Source: a virus
Reading direction: 5' to 3' (one strand)
Length of the DNA: 64,000 nucleotides
Virus record (IMG/VR): IMGVR_UViG_3300025117_000028
Span: 126,285-190,284 of that record
How positions within the stretch are numbered: position 1 is the first letter of the stretch; the number at the start of each line of letters is the position of its first letter. Of the stretch, positions 30,017-43,600 are shown one piece after another. Both the position numbers and the translations under genes were made by a program. Below the pieces are notes generated by a model. The model was not told the DNA's origin. It saw nothing but the letters and a program-made list of their open reading frames with translations, and did not search any database.

Positions 30017-30334
30017 TCATGATTTTACCTCTTGGTTAAGATATTCTGCGATAATGTCGCCGTGGCAAGGTTTTGGTTTACAGAAGCAACCCAAGATCTT
30101 ACCGCGTAATCCTAGTATTAAGTCTTTGAATGCCTTGTCAAAATGAAGGCGCGATTCAAAGTATTGTCTATAACATTGAAGAGTGTCGCCATCATTCCAG
30201 TGAATTTCTCCACATTCTTGGCATTTTTTTCCGCGAATGATTGGATTACCGAAGTAGCCACTTTTGCCATGACCAGCTCTTCCGATGTAAACATCGTATG
30301 CACTGTTCCGCAAGTTGACTACTGTAGTTTTCAT
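30017..30334 (-). CDS. DUF4326 family protein
   Basis: YDVYIGR, FGNP, LRGKILGCFCKPKPCHGD. Confidence 0.85.
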   Translation of the reverse strand: MKTTVVNLRNSAYDVYIGRAGHGKSGYFGNPIIRGKKCQECGEIHWNDGDTLQCYRQYFESRLHFDKAFKDLILGLRGKILGCFCKPKPCHGDIIAEYLNQEVKS

Positions 30335-30947
30335 TGTTTTACCTCTTTGTAATTCTCGTGCCAGAATTTACTACAGGTGTTGAAGATGCCCATGTAGTAC
30401 CCTTCACGAGTATCGGGCCGCTCTGCATGTTCTTTCGGAATGTGACGTTGGAGCAACCAGAAGCAGATTTTTTGCGCGAGTTCTGCGTTGAGTTCTGTCT
30501 GGTTGGTGATGCCAGTTTCGCCGATATAGATGTCACGGAGCGATTCGCTGCAATCGAATTCTCCGCATTTCTTTGCAACTTCAAGAGCTTCCATGTCGGG
30601 CTCGTAGAAGAACTCGTCTTCCATGTCTTGGAGTTCTTCAGGAGTGAGTTCTCGCATTTCTTCGTTATTGCAATTACAAGTGTCTTTGCAGTTTTCGTTA
30701 CACATAGAACACCTCATATCCTGTGAGATTTACGATATTTGGCGCTGTAAACAATGTTTTCTGTCTCATCCAGCGTTGGTTTTGCACCGGCGGTTGAGTG
30801 AATACACTCGTTAAAACCGTCGAGTGCTCCTTTCGCTAGTCCTTTGGCACTATATTTCACGCACACGATTTTGTTGCACTTGCAATCTGTGTGCTCTGTT
30901 CCTTTGCGTGTGACGATGATGCACATAACTTTCTCCTAGGTCGATTA

Positions 30948-31020
30948 TGACTCAGATGGGACTTGAACCCATGGCCACCTGATTAAAAGTCAGGTGCTCT
31001 ACCAACTGAGCTACTGAGTC
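30948..31020 (-). tRNA. tRNA-Lys(UUU), no encoded CCA
   Basis: GACTCAG/CTGAGTC, CCTGA-CT TTT AA-TCAGG, ATGGG TTCAAGT CCCAT. Confidence 0.95.
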
Positions 31021-32598
31021 TTTTTTTATTTTCAAAAATGATTTATGTCACAGGATGATGTATTCGCGGCAGGTGCCACAGGTGAAACCCTGGACTTTGC
31101 CGGTTCCGTTGCAGCTTGGGCAATCGGGATGAGCTTCGGTGAGATGGAGAATCTCTGTGAAAGCTTCTCCGACGTGAGTTAAGTGACCCGGTAGTTCGTG
31201 TACCTTTTCTTCGATGTTGAGATGGTACATACCTGCGGTCGCTTGTAGGAGCCATTGATTTTGTTCGTCGAAGTTCATGCCTTCGACCCAGTAGATACCA
31301 GTGAGGACGGTATTGCCATGTTGCCAGCAATTTGAACTTGGCGTAACAATGTAAAACATGGTATACCTCTTATTTTTAATTTCAATAATTATTTTTTGTC
31401 ACAATGAGTCATGACCCAAGTAATTGGCGCCACAATCCATATTGTCATGATGAAAAACATAAAATCGTGCCACATATTAACTTCGTGATTCTGAGAGCAT
31501 ATCAGCTATGAGACATCTTACTTTATGTTCTTCATGTTCTTTGGTTGTAAAGAAGTGTATTGACCAGATGAGTTCTGGAGTAAGCTGAACTTTGACGAGT
31601 CTAGCAAACCGAAGGCCAAGATTTGAAATCTCTGCGATTTCGACCTCTTTGTGTGTGCGAATGTTGATGATGACTTCATTTTCATCTTTCCAGGTATACA
31701 AATGGTCGCCGGGTAATGCCCATTTAGTGAAGCAGTCGGAGATGTTTTGGGATATTTCAGGAGAATTTTTCCCGGCTAATGTCAAGATGTAAGTGTCTTG
31801 AGGCATGATATTCTCCTGAGGAAGTTTTAACATTCAGCTATGCAGATTATGGTAGCTATTAGAGCCAATAAAAATGCTATGACGTCCATAGTTCCTCTTA
31901 TTTGAAATTGCGAGTGATTTTGTTGAAGGCGATGAGTGCGATAATTCCCGAGACGATAGCGTATGTGATTACTGTTCCTGCGATAACGAGGACGATGGTC
32001 AATAAATCGCTCATGGTATTCTTCTTAGTTTAGGATTGCTGTTAGACACACAATAGAGCCTAGCCCTATTATGATGTAAATAGCGCGTAAGGTTTCTATT
32101 TCCATTGTTTTTCTCTATTTTTAAATTTTATGATTCTTTTATGTCAAAAGTGAAAAACGCGCAAGAACTAATATCTAGTCAACCTAAAGAAAAAACGAAT
32201 AAGATTATTATTATTAGTGCGATAGAGAAAGCAAGAATCCACATAATTACCTCAACTTATTTAGAGTCCTTTCTTTATTGTTTCCATATATTGAAGTATT
32301 GTCTCTTGTAATTCAAGAATTTCTAGTGCAATAGGATTATTATTATTTGCTTCTAGCTTGATGAAGTTGGTTATTATTTGGAAGTTCGTTGATTGGATAC
32401 TGTAGTTTATGCATTCCATTAATTCTTTTATATTCAGTAAAGTTGCGCTTCGATGCCTTTTGGCAGTATTGGCTTTGCGTATCGCATTCTCAGTAGTGAG
32501 TTCTGCTTGGAGTTCTTTGATGTCTTTTAAAATTTCTGCGCTATTCATTGTAGAACTCCTTGTGCTTTTAAGAAAAAAAATCGCGCGCCATAATCTAC

Positions 32599-33108
32599 TT
32601 ATTTCTCAAGCTCTGCTTTTGTTGGTAATCTTCCTCCTTGTTTTTCCGCCCAGTCTTTGGCTTCTTCAAAAGTCATTTTTTCTTTTGATATTAAGTTTTT
32701 GCCTTCATGAAGCCATGAAATATATATATCAGGATCTGTATCTGAAATAGGAGTAACTTTATAACCCTGATCTCTTAGTTCTTGAATGAGTAAAGGAATA
32801 TCTGCCGGAACTTTACATCCAAAGTGTCCAACTCCAATGGCAGCCTGTATTGTATTAAAAATTTTGCGCCTTCTGTTCTCCAAGACTTGTTGGTAAGCAA
32901 ATTCCGCAGGATTATATGTAGTTTCTGTAACTCGTTTCAATTCTTTAAGTGAGTGATCCATTTTGTTATATAGTTCCCAGGTTTTTGCGCTTGTTTGTTT
33001 CCAAGCCTCTGTCTTCTTTATTTCCTTGCGACGGCTAATCTCGAGGTATATTACACTTACGATAAGACAAATTTTTAGACCTATCGAAAATAAAAAGTAA
33101 GTATCCAT
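32599..33108 (-). CDS. Membrane-anchored protein ending in a truncated DUF1566 fragment
   Basis: N-terminal TM; C-terminus ISKEKMTFEEAKDWAEKQGGRLPTKAELEK*. Confidence 0.6.
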   Translation of the reverse strand: MDTYFLFSIGLKICLIVSVIYLEISRRKEIKKTEAWKQTSAKTWELYNKMDHSLKELKRVTETTYNPAEFAYQQVLENRRRKIFNTIQAAIGVGHFGCKVPADIPLLIQELRDQGYKVTPISDTDPDIYISWLHEGKNLISKEKMTFEEAKDWAEKQGGRLPTKAELEK

Positions 33109-33893
33109 GTTATTTGCTCCTTTGAGTTTAGTTGAATTCAATTATTCCAGAGCCTCTACATCCCTTTTAGGGATCGGATGTTTAGTTTCGCAAATAAATC
33201 CAATTGTTAATTCTGTTGATAGACCATATCTAATTGCGCCATAGATATCTTCCATGAGTTTAACAGCAGCATGAAGGTCTGCCATTGAGTCATAGTTACT
33301 TAGTGAAACAAGATATCTATAACACATATTTCCCTCTATTGATTTGTTTATATTTTAGGGTATTTTCTATAATCAGAGAAAGAGCCTCCGGTATGGTTTT
33401 TGGTGGAGTCATCATAGTACTGTGCATGTCCGCCTCTTTGACGGCCAATGGAGTCTCCGTGGTATAGAGCTACTCCCATGAATAGGTTTCCGATGGTTTG
33501 ATCGTAATACCAAGCGCGCCCACCGTATTGGTTTCCGATGGTTTTCCCAAAGAAAATCCGGGTCATGCCATGTTTTACGTCAATTTCCCCCTCCAGTACA
33601 AAGTGTGCTTTGCACCAGGCAGGAAGTTTGGCGCGGCAAGCTTCTTCCATCTCTTTTGGATTAGCCCATTCCGGTAAATAAGTTTGATCCACATGGAATA
33701 CCCATTGTTCCAGTGGTAGGCGGTAATTTTCGTCAGGCGGTGTTATTTCGCAGCGAACCAGACCATTTCGTAAACCATCGATATGATTGAGATGATTCTC
33801 ATCAATGATATGCTCATGGCTATCACCACTTTCGGAGAAGAATACTTCGTTCTTCGTAACAACAAAACTTGCTGATTGACACATATTCCTCTC

Positions 33894-34020
33894 CTGCAAA
33901 AGTGCTTGTTTGACTACAAAACAGCCGTCTTACCTTGGCAAACAGCCGTCTTACTATAAAACTGCCAGTCTTATCTAGTTTTGGTCGGTTGTCTTCTGCA
34001 AAAGTGCCTATCTGACTACC
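33894..34020. repeat. Short direct repeats in an intergenic region
   Basis: AAACAGCCGTCTTAC at 33919 and 33940, variant at 33959; flanked by CTGCAAAAGTGC...TGACTAC twice. Confidence 0.6.
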
Positions 34021-34691
34021 TTCTCTACCCCAAGTCTTATCACTTTCTATGTGATTTTCTCAGGGAATCTGCTACTTTTCTTGTTTATGTTGCACTGCGT
34101 TAGGGAATCTTCCTGATCCCTACGGAGCCACACTCTTTTTCCCTCTCAATGATTTCTGACCCTTACGAAACCAAGGTATCAAAAATCCCTAAGGGGGAAT
34201 AAAAATGTGAAAATGCAGTGCGTCAAGGAAATCACTCGATCAGAGCGAGGAGGGCTTGGAGGTCGGGAGTGGCGAAAATTGCCCGGCCTAACACACGAGA
34301 GATGTGTTGCCGGTTTTGATCTGTTACGAGTTTGTTGTAAGCAGCGGATTGCGCTGCCCTAAACTCGTCACCTCCGAATTTATGAGCTTCGTCCATCGCT
34401 CGAGAAATATATTGTGGTTCGTAGCGCATATGTACCTCTCTATTTTAATTTTCGAAATAAGATTTATGTCACAGACCATACCCTGTGTAGTAACAGGGAT
34501 GATCTCCTGGATCTACGTCTTCGTCGATTTCTCGACAAAATACGAAGAGCCTATATAAATCGAAATATTTCTTTCTGCTCGCGTCGTCTATCAATGCGAG
34601 GAGCTTATGAGATTTTGCGCACGTATCTTCGTAAATCGCATTGTAAAGTCTCATGCGCGCCTCTTTTTCTTTTTTTATTTCACGGATATTT

Positions 34692-37600
34692 TTATGTCAA
34701 AGACGAATAACCGAGGAGAGCTTTTACTTTTTCAGCGAGCGAGCGCCAGCGAGCGAGCGCTGGTTTCTCTTTTTGAGTTTTGCTACTTTTCTTTTTTGTA
34801 GGGTTGGATACGGAGCGAATAGGTAGAGTCTCAGCCCTATAGGTGTAGGATAGCGACGAGCGAGCGCCAGCGAGTGAGGAGCGGTTGAACGAGAACCGAG
34901 GAGAGGTTACGGAGCGGGAGGAAGGGTGCGGTGACGGAGCGGCATTATATTCTGTATCGGTACTGGTACTTGTTTGCTTTAGAATATTGTTATAATCCAT
35001 TTCATTAAGAATCTTGGCGGCCATAAATACTGTTATGTGCTGCTTCTTTGCACTTACCAATAAATCTTTTACTCTATCCCATTGGGGTTTAACATTTACA
35101 AAAGGAGGTAAAACCATTAACTTTCCTCTAACTTTATAGTGTCGGATTACGTTGTAGTTTCTCCATAAAGCTGTTTGATATATTTTACTTTCATCTGTAT
35201 ATCGTTGACACATAGCTACTGCCCACATTTCTGCTATTAGTTCCAGTATGCCTACAGATTCTGGCGTTTCTGAATCTGTTGTAAAGTCTTGCCTCCAATA
35301 ATGGTTGGCCAATCTATCTAAATGATGTCCAACCTCATGGAAGAGAATTCTCTTGGTTGGGTCAGTTGCCAAGTCAATTGTTCTCATGGCAGGGTTATAA
35401 GCTCCATCGCAAAGGGTTAGGTATGAATTGATCCTCACCCTAAAGCCATAGTCATCAGCAAGAGATCTTGCCATATCTATAGTTATGGGGTCGTTTTCCC
35501 CTAACTTGTTAAGTTCTTGCTTGAGTGCAAGAATTTCTTCGGGACTCAATCCTTCTGAGCCATGGTAATTACGAGAGCGGCTCCACTCTGTCCAAGCTTC
35601 AAAAATCTCTTGATCTAAAGTAGAATCCATATGTCCCTCCGAGTAAAAGTCTTCGTCCAAAAAATCTTCATCTTCGTCGATCTTATCTTTTATTTGAGGA
35701 GTGTTAGGGTCTACTATATATTTCTTGACCTTCTTCAGTTGTTGAGCAAAGTCTTTAGAAGCAGAAGTGATCCGATTGCTCATGTCAAAACACTGAACTA
35801 CCTTGCCTGTCTGGACACTCACTTGCGCGCAGACAGTTCCTTTGCGGAAAAATAAGTCGCGCGAGTCTTTGTAACTTCCTAAACAATGACGCATCTCGGA
35901 TCCTATCTTTACCATGTCTAATTTTGTCTTGATCCTAAGATCTTCCCAACTTGGAGGCAGGGTCTTATTACATGGCATAACTTCATTGGGCATTGGAATA
36001 TTTGTAGAGAGATCGTTCTCTATTGCACGCTGATGATTCCAGATTGCCGTTTCTAATATTCTGACGGGAGATCCATTGTATCTGCGAGTACCAGGAATAT
36101 CGTCATTTAAGAGTTGAGCACCATCTTTAATAAACCTTATTAGCATATCCATCTTTTTCATAGATGGGATTGCTTTAACATGCAAGACTTCATTGCAGAA
36201 TTGTTTGTATGCAGTCTTGCTAGAAATAACCTTTAGCCCTATAACAGTAGCTCTTATCTCACGGGGAGTAAGCAAAGAGTAATCTGATGAAAGGTCGTAG
36301 TATCTAGTAGAATTAGTTAGAAGCCATACATAGTAATCATGTCTACTATTAAGAGCTTCAGACGGGATATCTATGCTAGGAATGGGTAAAAACCGCAACT
36401 TCTCTATGTTCTTAGGAGCGTGTTTTCCAAAAGGCATCTTGTTGCTTGCATAAAGAGAATCCCTTAGAGCTACTGTATCTATTAACCACCGAGCATAACC
36501 CGCTGGGACTTTCAATAAGTCCGTAGGATAGTCGAGGTCCCACATTGCTACATAGCAATCCTTAAACGGCTTCTGTGTCCGACAGGAAACTTGCAGTAGT
36601 TCTTTAAAACTAAGAGGAGAGAAACTATTCAATATAGAGGCCGCCCATTTAATATGGAAGGTCCTTATGAGAGGGAAGTCTTTTGGGAGTCGGCCTTTTT
36701 CCTTATCCTTTTTCATTCCTATATAGTATGAATTCTTATTTCTTACCATTGGATTATGTCCTAGATCTTTGTGCCTCCAGTGTCCAAAGAAGTCCTTTTG
36801 TTCGAGGTTGCTGGTGGTTAAGTCAACGTAAATGTCCTTTTCTAAAAGCACTAGAATTTTGTAGAGTGGTATATCTTTATCTGTAAGGGCTTTTACCTGA
36901 TCTTCTAGGCAAGATTCTTTTTGGCCCTCACAAATAGGGAACCAATAATATCTAGTATTTCGTAGGTGAGTATACATACACAAAGCCCAATACTTAACAT
37001 TGGCCTGTTCGGGAGGAGTTGGAGTATTAGGATGTTCATCTCCAATAAACAATCCATGTTTATTGAGTTGTTCAATTATCTTACTAATCTGATGTCCCTC
37101 CGAATTGAGTGAGATGCCAGCATTAAATAACTTATTTACATCAGTTTCGCCGGTTTCAATCTGATGCTCATAAGCCCTCTTGAGGATTAAGCCCATTTCT
37201 TTTCCTTGCTTATATCCCCTAGAGACTAAGTGTCTACCCATTAAGATAGGCTCGATTTTCCCTTCTCCGAACGATTCGAAATAGCCAAATGCCATTTGAG
37301 AAGGAATATGTGGATCGTTTAAGGAATAACCTTTCCGGCCGCAAGAATCTGCCTTAGACATTAATCCAATAACATCCAAGCGGATTCTATTGTGGAGACG
37401 ACGCCAAGCTGCAACTCCTGCCCCTGATTGGTGGAATTGACCGGGCATCATATGATTTCCAACAATGAGTTCAACCTTATTAATAAGATCGACTTCATTG
37501 GTCATAGATTCCATGAATTGACGAGCAATAGGTATACCTACTTGGTCATGCCCGTATGCCGTCAAAGTTTCGCGATCAGTGGTCTGTGGTTTACCTACGT

Positions 37601-40600
37601 CATGAAGCATAGCTCCAAACATGTAAGCAAGCTTCCAGGGCTCTGGTACTTGATCCTTGAGAATTGCCGCATTATCCAATACCATCAAGGTATGGACCCA
37701 AGCATCACCCTCAGGATGGTGCTCAGGATTTTGCTGGCAACCGATCAAGGCTTCCAGAGCCAAGAACCACTTAATCCAACCACAATCCTTGAGGAATTCT
37801 AATCCCATAGAAGGCTTATTAGCTTTCAGTAGGAGTTTCTTGAACTCTTCAAAGATCCTCTCCTTAGGCAGGGTAGGATATTCTGATTGCATCGAGCGAC
37901 ATAACTCGATGGTCTCAGAGGCTACCTTCTTACCTTTACGAGGCAGAAGTTGCATGATGCGCAAAACGCGCAATGGATCTTCAATGAAAGTTTCTGCGCA
38001 AGTGGCGCGCAAAATCCCTTCATTCAAATCCTTCATTCCACCGAAGTGATCTACAACTTCTCCGGTATGCAAATTTACATACATAGAGTTAATTGTAAGA
38101 TCCCTTCTCTTCCCCGCTTCTTCAGGAGTAAGATTGGGGAGTAACTCAACTTGGAAACCTTTGTGGCCTACACCACAACGATTCTCCAGTCGAGGAACAT
38201 TAAGATCTATGTCAGTAGTCCCGACTTTGACCTTAATAATTCCAAAGGCAGCACCAACCATATCTGCCTTATATCCCCATTCTTCCAGGTAATCTTGGAG
38301 TTGTTTCATTGAAAGTCCATAGACCTCAATGTCCCAATCCTTGATCTGTCGACCTTGGATGCGGTCAATGACTGCTCCTCCGATGAGGAGAGTCTTTGCT
38401 TTGACAGACCAAAGGTCTTGAAGCAAAACTTCCACATCACCAAGGTCAACCCCAAAGTCTTCGTCATGACCTTCACTGGCCATTGAGACGGTGATTTCAG
38501 TCATTTCTTCACCCTCCCAATCCCAAGTCTCTTCAGTCATGGTCAACCCCATACGATTAACTAATGACTTCACGATTGGGGAGGAAGTGCTCCTACAGTC
38601 CATTGTGACAGTCTTCACATTATTCTGCTTGAGTACCCGCATACAGCGAGTGATCAAGCGAGCAACGCAAGAGGAAGGAGATCCTGGAATTTTTGCCAGG
38701 TCAGCAATCTCTGCCTCATCTCCTTGGATGCTTCCAAGCAGATAAGCAGAATCGCCCTCTGTCATAGCCAAGATCTCACTGGGTTCACACTCCAGATATT
38801 CACAGATGCCTTCAAGGCTGAACTCTTCTGCCTTGTAGGATCGCATGAATTCTGGATATGCCAATTCCTCGATCCGAACGATCAGATCGAAGTTGATATC
38901 TTGGTGTCCCTCCGACGCCAGTTTCACGACACCCTCAGCGGTGTCGGTATAGTTAACTGGGGCCGATACCGGGAGACGAGTGACCTGGTACTCCTCTTGC
39001 AGCTTCTCGGAATACTTATTGTATCCGAGTCCGCAATAGACGGCGCCGATGCCGTCGGCCCTCACGGATTTTACTGCCCTCTTGAAGAGGTCATAAACCG
39101 TGGGGTCGCCACTTGCTCCTTCGATGTTATCAATAACAAGGATGCGGTTAGATACCCACACCCACGCCTGAGCAACAAGGCGTTTGCTATTGAATACCAC
39201 CCAGAAACAGCCATCTTTGCTGGCCATTCCATGGATAGCACACTCCGAGGCAAATCCTTCGTAGCTCTGACAACAGCCAGTATACCTACCAAGGAATGGT
39301 CCCCGGGGATCATTAACATCAAGAGTCTTCAGGGTGTAAGTCCCTTCAGAGACATTAACCCAAGGGATACTCTTGACTGGAGACTTATTGAACCAGTACT
39401 GAGTCAGCGTATTGAAGTCGCTAACTCCAGCCTGATAAGCCTCTGTCGCTAACGGGAGTAGTTCTGGAACTACTTTCCCGTAGGAGTTCTCAACCCCCTT
39501 CCTACAGATCTCTGCCTGTAGATCTTCTTTCTTGAGGAGTAGATACTCCTCAATGGGAATATCCTCAGTCCAAGACCGGAGGGGTTGCAACCAGTCCAGT
39601 TTGGAACAGTTGCGGAACTTCCAGTATAACTGGAAGATTTCCTTCTTTTCCAAAAGGTACACCTCGGTTTCCATTGTCTGGACTCCGACATCGTGTATTC
39701 TGGAGAGAAAGAGATCCACTCCTTCCTTGCCGTATTTAGCATATTTTGACAACATACGGGCAACGATAGCCGTCTGGTTGTCTTCCAGCAAAGATTTCCA
39801 ACCAAATTGGAAAAACCTCCAGTTCGATTTCAGGGCCACAATCTCCTTCCTGTCGCGAATGCCATCTATGATAGCTTTCGCCTGAGGAACACGCCCGAAG
39901 GTATTCATCCAATACGCTTCGACGTGATGTGGATTGTCTCTCCAGTTAAGCGCTCTCTTATAAGCGAGAACGCTTTGGGGGAGTTGACCATCCGTTCCCC
40001 AAGAGATGAGATTCCTAATGGAGAGAATCTCCACCCTGGAGATGTCTCCCAGAGTTTCAAGAGGAAGACCGGCATGTAACAATGTACCGGCCAAGAAGAT
40101 CCTCTCAAGCTCCGAGTACATTTGCATTGCCTGCCAGGCAACCAAATGGTCATCAAGGAATGAAAGAGACATCTCTAGTACTTTTTCTCCTTGCAAGGGC
40201 GTTGTTGCCCAATGGAAGGTTTCTCTCAGCATTTTCGCGATGCCAAGATACTTCCTCCTAGAGATGGGAGAGTCTATTTTGCTGGCTTTTTCTATGTTAA
40301 ACCAGCAACCTAAATTACTCCCATTGTATCCTTCGGCAATAAGCCAGTCAATATATTCCGAGGACAAATTTTGGGTCGTATATATCCCGTTTGTCAACCC
40401 TGGAATATAGTAACTGTAAATTGCCGAGACTACAGTTGCTCTGGTCTCAGAAGGACAGAGATATTCATCTGTCCTCTTTATCTCAGACAGGATATAGTCC
40501 CTTAGTTCCAGGGAGGGGTTGAGGACTATTCCCTTCTGCCAGACCAAGGCAATCTGTTGCCCTGGAGTAACGGTGTCCAAAGGAGAATCGATCTCCTCGA

Positions 40601-43600
40601 TATCCTCCTTGGACAACCCCTTACTCCTTAAGGGACGATTATGGATATGTTCACTCCCGTAAACAATCCAGACATCCCTAAAGACATGGATGTCATTCTC
40701 GTGCCCTTCACTGGCCATAGATGCCAAGGCGTTGAATTCCTCCTCGGACATCTCGGTCAGCCCACCGTGAGGCGGCTCAGGCGAACGACCTTTCTCGTTC
40801 GCGATGAGCACGTTCTCAGCGATGACGGCGTACTCCCCGCCGAACAGGTGGAACAGGTCACACCTGGTTTGAGGAGCAACTCCGATGTTCCGGAGGTCCT
40901 CAATCAGGTCAACCTGCTTCTCCGTCCGCTTCACAGCGTGGAGGGCCGCCTCATATTTTGCCCAACGCCTATCGTTGAGCAAAGCGAGAGCACCAATGGA
41001 CCGCAACACCTCGTCAGTCATGACGAAGGCGTAGAGGCCCATGGTGTCACGAGCCCGGAACCAGCGGAGAAGCTGGCGAGTCGTGAGACTACCGAGCATT
41101 TGGTGGTACATATCGTCCCACAACGCTTTCGCATGGAGACTCGTACCATCCTCAGCTCGGTTGACATATTCCAACCCTCCCTTGTGGAACCGATAACCCT
41201 TCATGTGGTTATACAGTTCGGGGAGGTCGAAGGACTGCACCGCCCGAAGAGTCCGGCGGAAGTACTTCTCGTTGGACTGCACCCCATGCTTGAGGGCAGA
41301 CACGAGATACCCCGCCAACTCGTTTCCGAGTGGGGCGTCCTTGTCAGTGGCCAGCGCATCGATGATAGGATCGAGCGCCAACCCTAACTGGCACATGAAT
41401 TTCGCTGCATCCTCTACCTTGACTTTCGCCAAAGTAGGCTCCGCAGTTTCCGCCAATTGGAACGCCTTCGCAACAAAGACACGTTGGAGATACGTGGCCT
41501 TGTCATCCTCGACATTTGTCCAGACTTCGAACTCACGTCCGTAGTCCTCTTGAGTACTCCTACTATAGGAGTTCAGGACTTCCAGACAACGTCCGAACTG
41601 GATCTCCGCGTCGATAGCCTTGAGCATCTGCCAAGGTTCGAGTGGGTTGGAGTTTGTCTCTTCCAGGAAGTTTTGCATCATTTCATTGATGCGCTCCTGG
41701 AAGTCGGGATCGTAACCATATTTGTTGCCATCAAAAACAACACGGTTACCCTGGTTCTCGATCTCGGTGATCTCCTGATCGGAGAAGATCCTATGCAACC
41801 ATGCCCGTTTGATTTGGACATGGTAGATCGAGAGGATGTCCACGACCTCACGGACCAGAGAGACGTTACTCTCTTTGATTATCTTCATCATTGCGATGAA
41901 GACTGGCCCGGTGAGTTTCTCGTTCCAGAGGACACCGAGAGGTGAGTCTCCCAGTTTGGTCTGAATGACCTTGCTGGTTGCCCAAGGCAGCACCTTAAGC
42001 AACTCGGAAGCGGTGTGTTTCTTGAAGCCGAGTACGGCATCATAGAAACGGCGACCGTCATTGGTCTTCGCTCCCAAGATTGCTTCCCTGTGCTGCCAGG
42101 GATTCAGCCTCTTGACTTGGACGGACTCATCTCCGCCCTCGAAGGAATTCAGGTCCGACAACCAGAACTCCTTCTCGTATTCGACGACAACAAGACGTCC
42201 CTTATCATCGTCGATGTACTTCTTGAACCCACGGACGGTACCAATGATGGCACCAAGTTCGCGGGTCTTCGGATAACACCGAGGAATGTCCCGACAGACA
42301 CCGTACTCATCGAAGAGAACTTCGTTGAGCCGGGTGAGATTCCCACGGTGTTCGCGGACGGCAGCGTCGAAGATCGCCTGTTCGTTGGCGTCTTCACTAC
42401 CTTCCTCAACCTCGTGAAGGATCTCACTGTTGTCGGGATCTTCCTCGTCGGGAACTTCCGACTTAATGGCGTTAACAACCCGATTCCACGGATTGTTGAT
42501 GCCTGCCAAGTCACGGAAGCTCTCATCCCACAGAATGTCAAAGTTGCTCATGGTAATTCTCCTATGAGCGTTAACCCGGTTACCCACCGGGATTGGGTCC
42601 TCTTTATGCCCCTCGGATTTGAAGGACGGCTTCGTCAATGGCTGCAAACGAGGCGCAACCAATAACTTACCATTCCCCTCGAACACCGTAATCGAGCCTT
42701 CCGACTCGCTATGGTGTCCGATTCCAATCGCCGACATGTTGAGTTCCTCTTTGTAGAGATACTCAAACCTCCGGCTACCGTTCGCTGCCTCGGGACGGTC
42801 CGACCACATGTCAATGGGCCGGATCCAACGTCCATAGTCGCCATACATCTTCATGTAGACGACATACGATTCGCCGAACATCCCCTCGGCAAACCCGAGG
42901 ACCTGGTATTCGTTACCCTTGAAGTGGCGATAGATGCCACCACGGATAACGTCATGCCCTTCCGAGCACAGGTCTAATTCCTCCATATCTAACTCAGCAT
43001 CGATCATGTTGATCTCCGACTGAGCGGCTTTGAGGACAACTGGATCTTCAGAGAAGTCCAACTCCCTCTGGAGGAACGTCAACCGCTTTTGAACCTGCTC
43101 TTGGCGACTGTCGGTCGTCACCAAGTACAGGGAGCGGTGTCCCTCGGAGGCCAGGACTGCGTCCTGATACTTACCATTCCTACGATGGGCTTCGTACCAG
43201 GCTTCAGCCTTCTTCCAGGAGAGGTCACGGACGACCAGACCTTGCCTGGTCCATCCGGACACACCTGCCCGGAAGTTCATCCAAGCGTCCGCAGCCACTT
43301 CGCTGCTGCCACGCAGGATGTGGCCAATCTCGTGGAGGAGGTCAGCCACGTTGGCGTCGGCGCGGTAGTAAGCAATGCCACCGGTCAGCCTGGCGGGAGC
43401 GTCAATGCTCTCGCTGTGCTTGAAGGTGACGTTGTACTTCCTGCCCAGGCGGTTGGCATTGGCCTGAAGTTTGGCCACGGCCTTGGCCTCAACCTTCTTG
43501 GCGAAGGTGAGGTTGGCGACGGCCTTCTCCCAAGACTGACGAGCCTTGGTGAAAGCCAGGGCCAAACCCTTGACTTCCGTCTTCCTTTGACGGAGGCAGA

